A model generated the notes under the pieces. It was not told the origin of the DNA. It saw only the letters and a list, made by a program, of their open reading frames with translations, and did not search any database. Below, in pieces: positions 18,242-26,824 of a stretch of 26,824 nucleotides of DNA (position 1 is the first letter of the stretch; every line of letters starts with the position of its first letter). This DNA is from a virus (Duplodnaviria; Heunggongvirae; Uroviricota; Caudoviricetes). Position numbers and translations under genes: made by a program. The DNA lies in IMG/VR virus record IMGVR_UViG_2671180673_000010, positions 1 to 26,824 of that record; one strand, written 5' to 3'.

Positions 18242-21085
18242 TCAATCTTTATCGTAAAAACTGCCACGCCCGGCACGGGCGCGCCGTTCCATTTCTGCCC
18301 TGACCATTTCACCGACCAGTTTCGCCAGTTCGCGGGGATTCTGCGTAACAACGTTATGCAGATGAACATGAATTTCACCACCAAATCCGGAGGCAACAGG
18401 CTCCCGGTTACGGGAAGTTACAGGAACTGATGCCACTGGAGATCGTATAGCCTCCGCCACCGGGCGGGAGCTGGCCGCAACAACAGGGACCAGCGCCGGA
18501 GGCAGCGGAGCCGGGACCACGGGTGTGATATTAATTGCGGGGGCAGGCTTACTGACCTGCGCAATCTTCCGCTCCTGCCACTCCCCACGAACAGCAAGTG
18601 CTCGGGGCAGGTTTTTAAAGACAATATCGCCGGGGCCAATGCGTTTTTTCGTCTCCTCAACCAGCTTACCTGTGTTATCAGCAATTTTGCTGAGTCTGCG
18701 CAGCGTACCGGTATTGCTGTCTGTGAGCGGTTTATTGTCTTTGGGGTTATCACCTCCGGTGCCATTGCCATTTTCCACAGGCTTCGGCGGATTGATTTTC
18801 GCCAGGTCCCCCTGAAGCAAGGCAACCTTGTCCTGAAGAATGGCCGCACGCTGTGCGTCTTCGATTTTCTTGCGCGCCCTTTCCGCTTCATCCGGAAGCA
18901 CACCAAGCTTTTCAAGTATCCACGCCAGCGTATCCAGCAACATTTTTGCAGGTGTCAGAACAAGTTGTAACGCACCGCCAAGAACGTTACCGAATATCTC
19001 GCCAGCACTGGTACATTTATCCAGAGTTTCCTTGCTGGACTCCATCGGAGACAGCAGCGATTTAAACCAGTTAAACACCTGGCTGATCCCACTCCCGATT
19101 GCGTCAAAAACAGGACCAAACCGTTCAAAGGTTTCGCGCAACGGGGTCAGCCTTTCCATAATCCCGCTGAACACCCCGGCAAAAAATGCCCTGATGGGAT
19201 CCCAGTATTTCCAGATGAGAACGGCAGTTCCGGCAAGCGCAGCCACGATAAGGCCGACCGGACTGAACAACGCCCCGATAGCGCCCCCCAGTAACGAAAC
19301 GGAACCCGTCACCATTCCCCATAGTGCTGGCAGGAGTCTGACAGCATTCATTGAACCGGTCAGGAGGGAAAAGCCAAGACGCAGTTTTGCCAGCGGGCCA
19401 GCAAGCACACCAATAGCCAGCGACAACGAGCCAACCGTTGCAGTCATTGCCAGCAACGCACCGCCTGCTATCAGTAGCTGGCGCGTCAGTACCGGATGGG
19501 CCTGCGCCAGCGAGGTGATTTTTTCAAGCACCCGCGTGAGCCACTGCGTGACAGAACGCAGCGGACCGTCAACCAGATCACTGATGCGAATACGAAGACC
19601 TTCCCATGCGCTGTCGAGATTTTTCAGGTCCCCATCAAGATTATCGGCCATTACTTTTGCAACGCGATCGGCCTCTCCCCTTGCCCCCTGCAATTCTCTG
19701 GTCAGTTTTTGCAGCTCTCCTGAACCAGCCGCCGCAACAAGCGTCTGCAAACCAACGAACGCCTCTTCTCCGGCGATGTCCTTGAAGAAGGAAACCTGGT
19801 CCACCTGTCCGTATTTTTGTGTCGCCTTATAGAGATCAAGCAGCACATCCTCCATCGGGCGCATTTTGCCTCTGGCGTCAGCAACTGACACCCCCAGCTC
19901 TTTCAGCGCATCAGCCGCAGCTTTTGGCGGTGATGCAAGGCGGGACAGACTTGCGCGCATGGCCGTACCAGCATCGCTTCCACGAAGACCATTATTGGCA
20001 AGCATCCCGGCCATGGCTGCCGCTTCTTCAAGACTGATACCAAGTTTTGCGGCAACCGGACCGGTATACTTCATGGTTTCGCCCAGCGCGCGTAAATCAG
20101 TATTGGTCCGGGTGAATGCCGCTGTCAGCGTATCGCCAACCCGGTCCATTTGATCGGCTGTCAGGTTGAACTGTGTGAGGATATTGGAGCCTATATCAGC
20201 CGTCTCGCCGAGTTCGACGCCACCTGCCAGCGCCATATTAAGAACACCGGGCAATGCGGCCTGAATGGCCTGCGGAGTAAAACCAGCCATTGCCAGAAAG
20301 CTCTGCCCACTGGCGGCATCACTCGCAGTAAACTGTGTTTCAGAGCCAAGTTTTAACGCCTGCTCACGCAGCGCCTTAAACTGCGGGCTGTTTTTGTCGA
20401 TTCGCGTCAGCGCCTGAACGCGGGACATCTCTTTGCCGAACCCGATCGCGGGCTGCAAAAAACGCCCGGCAGCATAGCCGCCCGCCGCTGCCGCACCAAT
20501 TGCCAGCGCACCACCTGTTTTCAGTTTTCCCGCGGTTTCCTGCGCGCGCGAATACCGCTCACGAGCCTGCGTTACACGCGCAAGCGCCTGCCGTTCGCGT
20601 TCAAGCTGGTTGTTGTATTGTTCGGTGCGTCTGATGGCCTGCTGGATGGTGTTATCGCTGCCTGTCAGGGAAATGCCGTGGCGTTTCAGTTCTCCGCCAA
20701 GCTCCCGCATTTTCTGAATTTCCCGTGTGCGCGATTCATTCAGGCGTTCAAGCCGGGTGCTTAACTGCTGCATCAGCTTTTGTTGTTTTTCGCTGAGCAC
20801 TGTACCCGTGCGTTGTAACTGATTAAGGGCGTTAAGCTGGCGTCGTGCTTTCACGATACCCGCATCCGCTTTACTGACAGCGTCGCGGGCGCGCTCAAAT
20901 GAACGCGCCTGACGCTCGAGATTTTTGATCGCCCCCTGCGTTCGCTGAATGGAGTCACCAAACTGCCCCATCAGGCGGCGGGCGTTTTCGGCAGGCCGGG
21001 TCAGCCTGTCAACGGCGCTGAAAGCGACCCGGATGTCAAGAGTCTTCATTATCTGCATTCCCGCTGCGAAGTGCCGCCCGCTCAC
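18242..21085 (-). CDS. T: Tail tape-measure protein, P2 gpT homologue
   Basis: 947 aa, Ala/Gly-rich with long helical stretches, start overlapping the E' extension; track start 21085 is GTG, and ATG at 21058 or 21049 are alternatives. Confidence 0.85.
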   Translation of the reverse strand: MSGRHFAAGMQIMKTLDIRVAFSAVDRLTRPAENARRLMGQFGDSIQRTQGAIKNLERQARSFERARDAVSKADAGIVKARRQLNALNQLQRTGTVLSEKQQKLMQQLSTRLERLNESRTREIQKMRELGGELKRHGISLTGSDNTIQQAIRRTEQYNNQLERERQALARVTQARERYSRAQETAGKLKTGGALAIGAAAAGGYAAGRFLQPAIGFGKEMSRVQALTRIDKNSPQFKALREQALKLGSETQFTASDAASGQSFLAMAGFTPQAIQAALPGVLNMALAGGVELGETADIGSNILTQFNLTADQMDRVGDTLTAAFTRTNTDLRALGETMKYTGPVAAKLGISLEEAAAMAGMLANNGLRGSDAGTAMRASLSRLASPPKAAADALKELGVSVADARGKMRPMEDVLLDLYKATQKYGQVDQVSFFKDIAGEEAFVGLQTLVAAAGSGELQKLTRELQGARGEADRVAKVMADNLDGDLKNLDSAWEGLRIRISDLVDGPLRSVTQWLTRVLEKITSLAQAHPVLTRQLLIAGGALLAMTATVGSLSLAIGVLAGPLAKLRLGFSLLTGSMNAVRLLPALWGMVTGSVSLLGGAIGALFSPVGLIVAALAGTAVLIWKYWDPIRAFFAGVFSGIMERLTPLRETFERFGPVFDAIGSGISQVFNWFKSLLSPMESSKETLDKCTSAGEIFGNVLGGALQLVLTPAKMLLDTLAWILEKLGVLPDEAERARKKIEDAQRAAILQDKVALLQGDLAKINPPKPVENGNGTGGDNPKDNKPLTDSNTGTLRRLSKIADNTGKLVEETKKRIGPGDIVFKNLPRALAVRGEWQERKIAQVSKPAPAINITPVVPAPLPPALVPVVAASSRPVAEAIRSPVASVPVTSRNREPVASGFGGEIHVHLHNVVTQNPRELAKLVGEMVRAEMERRARAGRGSFYDKD

Positions 21086-21574
21086 GCCAGCTAACCACTT
21101 CGCCGGGCGTCATCATGAAGATTTCGGCGGGCGACCAGTTGAAAATGGCGGCAATATCCGCCACCAGATCTTCGATGTGCTCAAAGCACACCAGGGTGAT
21201 TACGCTGCCGTCTCCTGCACGCTCTTCGCGCCAGAGTCTGGCTCGCTCATAAAATTTACAGCCACAGCGCACAACTGAATAAAATCGCGTGACGACATTT
21301 TTTTAATCATCACTTCATCCAGTCGTGGCGAGGTCACGCGAGGCAACAGCGTGAACATGGTATCCGCTTTCAGATTCAGCACATCAGACAGCGACAGACC
21401 ACGCAGGGATCCCGCCTGCTCAATAGCCCCGGTGATCTCCACATATGTGATTTTTTCGGCACCACGCTCAATTGGCCGGGAAAGTTTTACACCACGTTCG
21501 ACAGCCATATCCTCACCTGACGTCACATCATCCGCTACGGTGTTATTCCGGGTTTCAGTATCGATATCTTTCAT
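21036..21574 (-). CDS. E+E' programmed -1 frameshift product (shift inferred at the A7 run 21298..21304)
   Basis: -1 frame is open from just after TAA at 21305..21303 down to 21036 and overlaps the T start; A AAA AAA T run lies in E codons 91-92. Confidence 0.55.
21200..21574 (-). CDS. E: Tail assembly chaperone, P2 gpE homologue
   Basis: 124 aa immediately upstream of T and downstream of FII. Confidence 0.75.
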   Translation of the reverse strand: MKDIDTETRNNTVADDVTSGEDMAVERGVKLSRPIERGAEKITYVEITGAIEQAGSLRGLSLSDVLNLKADTMFTLLPRVTSPRLDEVMIKKMSSRDFIQLCAVAVNFMSEPDSGAKSVQETAA

Positions 21575-21629
21575 CAGTTGTCTCCTTTTCAGTCAGAGGC
21601 GACGCACTGCGCCGCCTGCATATTACTTA

Positions 21630-22142
21630 TCAGCCAAGCCCAAGCGCGGAACGAATGCGGTCAGGCACAATGTCCTTGCCGTCCTTCCGGTAGATGTGGT
21701 TCAACAGGTCGATTTCCCACAGCGGGCGATCGTTAACGCTCAGCTTGTAGTAGGTGTTTTTGACAGCGTAAGTGTGTGATGTGGCTTCGCCCTGTTTGGC
21801 CTCCCCCATATCAATTTCCGTCACACGCCCGCGCATCTCGATTTCATACAGATCGCTTTCTGCATCGGTGTAATATTCACCCGCAAAACGCAGCAGCGTG
21901 CCGTCAATCGTGCCGCCATACTTAAGGAACAGTGCACGAACAGCTCCCCCCATGACAAAGCTCGCATCAAGCGCGGAGTCGTCCAGACCGAGATCAATAC
22001 TTACTGCTCCCATCATGCCACCACCACGATAGCTGTCGGTTTTGCGCGTCAGTTTGGGCGGCGTGACGGATGTCACTTTACCCACTTCGTTTTCACCATC
22101 CACAAACAACGTAAAAAAGCGAAGATGTTTTGGTACAGCCAT
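21630..22142 (-). CDS. FII: Tail tube protein, P2 gpFII homologue
   Basis: 170 aa, start overlaps FI stop. Confidence 0.85.
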   Translation of the reverse strand: MAVPKHLRFFTLFVDGENEVGKVTSVTPPKLTRKTDSYRGGGMMGAVSIDLGLDDSALDASFVMGGAVRALFLKYGGTIDGTLLRFAGEYYTDAESDLYEIEMRGRVTEIDMGEAKQGEATSHTYAVKNTYYKLSVNDRPLWEIDLLNHIYRKDGKDIVPDRIRSALGLG

Positions 22143-23326
22143 CAGGCACCTCCCAGCACCGCAAATGCGGGACCAAAGAATTCATCAGTAAACGTCTGGT
22201 AAAGCTCCATGTCTTCCAGCGGGGGAACGGGCGTATATTTGTAGCGAATACGCACACGCCCCTGACGTAAATCCGTGGTGCCGTTATCCACCACGTCATA
22301 CCAGCACTCCGCGCCAATCAGTTTCCCGGCAGTAACCAGCGAATCCAATTTTGCCCTGATGGCACTGATAACATCCTTCACGTTCGCAGGCGTCAGTGGA
22401 CTGTCGATGGTTTCAAACTGCGCTTCCGCAATTGAATCAGCCAGCACCTGTGCGGTTCGGGTATACACCTCAAAGATGTAGGCGTTCGTTTCCGGTGTGC
22501 GGTTGCCCCAGAAGCGGAACCCGTTACGACGAATAATGGTCGTGATTTCTTTGTTGTTGAGGCTGTTGGCATCACTGTCTTCGGCCTGTAACGACCAGAA
22601 CACATGCCTCGACATCCCCAGCACATTTTTAACCGGAACGTTGGACAGCGATTTGTGCCAGCCCTGCTCATGGTCAATGTACGCACGAAGGCCGCACGCA
22701 TAAGCAGGCGCGGGGAACGTTTCGTTTTTGCCACTTTTCGGGTTGTAGGCGATGAAGTCAGGCCATAAGAGCATCACCTCACGTTCGTTGAATTTCTGGC
22801 GGTAGGTAATCGCCTCAGCCATCGTGTTACAACCATGACATGTGGCATACACAAACGCGCGCAGTTTACCCGCAATCACGCACAGGGATTTTGTCACCGC
22901 CTCCGTGTCCAGCTCCGGCGCGGCCAGAATACGCGGACGGTATCCGATGCTTTCATCCTGCTCTGCAACAAGCAGCGCATACATCCCCGTATAGCTGCCG
23001 TCAGATTCAGAACCACCGATAACCAGTTGATCCTGCGTCCTACCGCCTTCTTCTTTGTGTTCAGCCACGCGAACGACGATCACTTTTGTGCTCACCTGGT
23101 CTGCGATAGCCTTAAGCGCACGATAAAGCGTCCCCGTAGTCCCGCATTTTCCCAGCACGTCATTGACGCGGGTCAGCAGTGTGGGCTTGTTCAGCGGGAA
23201 CAGCTCCGCATCCGCATCATCCGCCGTTGCCACGATACCGATAACGCTGGAATCAACATCATTAATCGCTGTTACCAGGTCGGTACTTTCCGTGACACGG
23301 GCACCATGAAAACGAGTTTCACTCAT
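22142..23326 (-). CDS. FI: Tail sheath protein, P2 gpFI homologue
   Basis: 394 aa, size matches gpFI (396 aa); first gene of the leftward tail operon. Confidence 0.9.
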   Translation of the reverse strand: MSETRFHGARVTESTDLVTAINDVDSSVIGIVATADDADAELFPLNKPTLLTRVNDVLGKCGTTGTLYRALKAIADQVSTKVIVVRVAEHKEEGGRTQDQLVIGGSESDGSYTGMYALLVAEQDESIGYRPRILAAPELDTEAVTKSLCVIAGKLRAFVYATCHGCNTMAEAITYRQKFNEREVMLLWPDFIAYNPKSGKNETFPAPAYACGLRAYIDHEQGWHKSLSNVPVKNVLGMSRHVFWSLQAEDSDANSLNNKEITTIIRRNGFRFWGNRTPETNAYIFEVYTRTAQVLADSIAEAQFETIDSPLTPANVKDVISAIRAKLDSLVTAGKLIGAECWYDVVDNGTTDLRQGRVRIRYKYTPVPPLEDMELYQTFTDEFFGPAFAVLGGA

Positions 23327-23483
23327 AGCTTCAGCCCCTTGTATCCGTTAAATGATTCGGCAACAATCATCACCCACCACGCGCGTAATCTCACCCCTGC
23401 GCCGTTCTCCCGCCACGGCGACAACAAAAAGCAGTAACCCCCTCCGCACGCACATGCGACCATGCCGCACAGGGAGGGAGCAG
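23327..23483. promoter_or_regulatory. Divergent promoter region for the leftward FI-FII-E-T-U operon and the rightward D-ogr genes
   Basis: 157-bp intergenic gap between divergent gene starts; no exact Ogr-box found by eye. Confidence 0.35.
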
Positions 23484-24593
23484 ATGACCGACACCACCAT
23501 GCAATTGCTCAGTCAGGGCACAGACCCCGTGAAAATGCCGGATTTTGATATTCTCGCGGAGGGTAAAACGCTGTCAGGCGTGGCAGAGCGCCTGATGAGC
23601 CTGTCACTGACCGACAACCGGGGATTTGAGGCGGACCAGCTCACCATCACGCTGGATGATGCGGATGGTCAGTTGCAGCTACCGCCACGGGGCGCGCGCC
23701 TGACGGTTCTCATTGGCTGGAAAGGAGAACCGCTGACAGAAAAAGGCACTTACATTGTTGATGAAATCGCTCACGAAGGACCGCCGGACAGGCTGACTGT
23801 TTCAGCCAGAAGCGCAGATTTTCGGGATGAATTTAACGTTAAACGTGAGGTGTCCTGGCATGATGTGACCGTTGAGCGTGTGGTATCCGCCATCGCTCAT
23901 CGGTATGGTCTGAAACCGCAAATCAGCGAAATGCTGATGGATATCGAAATCGACCACGCCGACCAGACCGAAGAAAGCGACATGTCCTTCCTTACGCGCA
24001 TGGCGGAAATGCTGGGCGCAATCACCACGGTAAAAAGCGGTAATCTGTTATTCATCATGCCCGGCGGTGGCGTGAACGCACAGGGCCAGCCGTTGCCATC
24101 GTTTGCCATCACACGCAGCAGCGGCGATCGCCATCAGTTCCGCATTGCTGACCGCGAAGCGTATACGGGGGTACGCGCTTACTGGCTTGATCTTAATTAC
24201 GGGAAAAAGAAAAAAGTCAGCGTGAAACGCCGTAAACCGCCAAAACCCAAAAAGGAGAAAAGCAGCAGCCGCGAAGGTGATTATATGGAAGGCGCGGAAG
24301 GCAATGTGTTTGTGTTACGCAAGACTTATCAGAACGAGCAGGCAGCAAGACGCGCAGCGGCGGCAAAGTGGCAGCAACTACAACGCGGAGCCGCATCATT
24401 CTCCATCACGCTGGCGCGTGGACGTGCAGAACTCTACCCCGAAATGCATGGCACGGTAACAGGATTTAAAAGCGAGATTGATAATCAGGACTGGATCATT
24501 GCAAAAGCCGAGCACACCATTGATAACAGCGGTTTTACCACGCAGCTTGAGCTTGAGGCAAAAATCCCGGAATGGATAGCGGAAACAGAGTGA
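23484..24593 (+). CDS. D: Tail protein D (late gene), P2 gpD homologue (ATG 23484 preferred over track start 23352)
   Basis: GGGAGGG SD 6 nt upstream of ATG 23484; 369 aa; position next to ogr. Confidence 0.85.
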   Translation: MTDTTMQLLSQGTDPVKMPDFDILAEGKTLSGVAERLMSLSLTDNRGFEADQLTITLDDADGQLQLPPRGARLTVLIGWKGEPLTEKGTYIVDEIAHEGPPDRLTVSARSADFRDEFNVKREVSWHDVTVERVVSAIAHRYGLKPQISEMLMDIEIDHADQTEESDMSFLTRMAEMLGAITTVKSGNLLFIMPGGGVNAQGQPLPSFAITRSSGDRHQFRIADREAYTGVRAYWLDLNYGKKKKVSVKRRKPPKPKKEKSSSREGDYMEGAEGNVFVLRKTYQNEQAARRAAAAKWQQLQRGAASFSITLARGRAELYPEMHGTVTGFKSEIDNQDWIIAKAEHTIDNSGFTTQLELEAKIPEWIAETE

Positions 24594-24633
24594 GCAACTT
24601 AGAATAGGCAGCACCACGTTAAGGGAGGTCGCT

Positions 24634-24894
24634 ATGTTCCGTTGTCCGCTTTGTGGCGCATCTGCCCGTATCCGCACCAGTCGTCCGGAAAATGATTCAA
24701 ACACCGTGCGGCAAAAGTATTACCAGTGTAACAATCTGGAATGCGGCGTATGCTTCTCAACACTGGAAGCTTTCCATAAATTCACATCAAAACACGCCTC
24801 CGGCGTTCACTCTTCAGAAGGTATCCCGTGGCATGATCTGCCAGCTTCACACAGGGGAAACAATCAGATGAGTTTGCCTTTATCTCAGAATTAA
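24634..24894 (+). CDS. ogr: Ogr/Delta-family zinc-finger late transcription activator
   Basis: MFRCPLCGASARIRTSR...YYQCNNLECG matches the P2 Ogr pattern MFHCPLC...YHQCQNVNC (Cys4 finger); AAGGGAGG SD. Confidence 0.85.
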   Translation: MFRCPLCGASARIRTSRPENDSNTVRQKYYQCNNLECGVCFSTLEAFHKFTSKHASGVHSSEGIPWHDLPASHRGNNQMSLPLSQN

Positions 24895-25085
24895 CAGGCA
24901 GAATTGCCGGAGTAACAAAAAAGCGATAGATTACGTGCGGGTGCCTTTCGGCTGATGGTCGGAGGGAATACCCGAAGGCCAGATGTGGAAAGGCCCCGAG
25001 TCAACTTTAACGTTAACCCGAGGCCCTAACCATCTACCCTCAGCAAGTGATAGGTTAGCGCCTCCCCGAAAAAGGAGCAAGCGCT

Positions 25086-25226
25086 ATGTCGCAAAAATCG
25101 CTTACGGCCATCACATTCTGCGTGACGGCAATCCTCATCATCTGGATGCTGCACGGTTCGCTGTGTGAAATACGGATGAGTTTCTGGGGAGCGGAGTTTG
25201 CGGCGTTCTTACAGTGTAAGCAGTAA
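25086..25226 (+). CDS. Hok/Gef-family type I toxin (46 aa), not in the ORF track
   Basis: MSQKSLTAITFCVTAILIIWMLHGSLCEIRMSFWGAEFAAFLQCKQ: N-terminal TM segment, SLCEIR motif identical to Hok, conserved Cys positions; AGGAG SD 7 nt upstream. Confidence 0.7.
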   Translation: MSQKSLTAITFCVTAILIIWMLHGSLCEIRMSFWGAEFAAFLQCKQ

Positions 25227-25320
25227 GGAAACCGCGACGGGGAAGGCAACTTCCCCGTCAATCGGTTGCCAGGGTAAAGGTCGAAAAGGCACCCTATTTC
25301 CAGTTGACGTGAACAACAAG

Positions 25321-25352
25321 CCCGCAGCGTAAAAACTGCGGGTTTTCTTTTT
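25321..25352 (+). terminator. Intrinsic terminator downstream of the hok-like ORF
   Basis: Stem cccgcag / ctgcggg with 8-nt loop, followed by ttttcttttt. Confidence 0.6.
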
Positions 25353-25383
25353 GGTTCCCTCACTCATGAGGACACCAAAAAAC

Positions 25384-25415
25384 AAAGCCCACAGCATAGA
25401 AGCTGTGGGCTTTTT
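25384..25415. terminator. Bidirectional intrinsic terminator (12-bp perfect stem)
   Basis: aaagcccacagc-atagaa-gctgtgggcttt with A6 upstream and T5 downstream. Confidence 0.6.
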
Positions 25416-25490
25416 GCATTCAAAGATGGACGTTATATGGACACTTAAAAATAAAATCCATTTATTTTCAAATGATTAAACCTCTACTTA

Positions 25491-25511
25491 AAGCGCCCGC
25501 AGGCGCTTTTT
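25491..25511 (-). terminator. serS terminator (also usable on the plus strand)
   Basis: Stem aagcgcc / ggcgctt, loop cgca, T5 on plus strand; lies about 25 nt downstream of the serS stop. Confidence 0.55.
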
Positions 25512-25531
25512 AGATTCAGAAAAATTGGGTA

Positions 25532-26824
<1,293 letters not shown>

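Noticed and set aside
18840-19832. 330-aa ORF on the plus strand
   Set aside because: Antisense shadow ORF inside tape-measure gene T; Ser/Ala/Pro-rich translation typical of the reverse strand of a GC-rich gene
22835-23437. 200-aa ORF on the plus strand
   Set aside because: Antisense to tail sheath gene FI; Arg/His-rich, no credible start context
17682-23483. Inverted repeats flanking the inverted FI-U block (possible invertase or recombination sites)
   Set aside because: Comparing the two junctions by eye gave only trivial matches of about 7 nt; no evidence for a site-specific inversion system and no invertase gene in the window
24895-25085. tRNA or tmRNA gene as integration target between ogr and serS
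   Set aside because: No tRNA-like acceptor/T-arm signature (such as GGTTCGAATCC) seen; the structured sequence there is better explained by the hok-like leader region

Overview
This window is the late (morphogenetic) half of a P2-like (Peduovirus-type) prophage, ending next to chromosomal serS (seryl-tRNA synthetase, 25532..26824, minus strand), whose protein looks Escherichia coli-like from memory. All calls rest on reading the supplied translations and the nucleotide sequence by eye; no searches were run. Recognisable P2 homologues in order: Q portal and P terminase (minus); O, N, M, L, X, a lysis cassette, R, S, V, W, J, I, H, G (plus); then U, T, E/E', FII, FI on the minus strand; then D and ogr (plus). 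The early region (int, C, cox, B, A) is not in the window. Features not explained by the canonical P2 map, most interesting first: (1) a 625-aa protein translationally coupled to the lysis cassette with a GQSN esterase motif, resembling prophage NanS-p sialate O-acetylesterases; (2) an unrecognised 174-aa protein with its own SD and terminator immediately left of Q, AT-richer than its neighbours, a candidate moron or defence gene; (3) a 46-codon Hok/Gef-family type I toxin ORF (below the ORF-track cutoff) between ogr and serS; (4) the FI-FII-E-T-U block is inverted relative to P2, and the Z/fun cargo position between G and the tail-sheath operon is empty; (5) a roughly 670-bp non-coding stretch (142..808) carrying helically phased TGCACAA repeats, a G-rich 19-mer loosely resembling a P2-family cohesive end, and a 12-bp-stem palindrome; (6) a tail fibre with three tandem roughly 92-aa repeats and a His-x-His-rich tip; (7) an apparent E/E' -1 frameshift on an A7 run.
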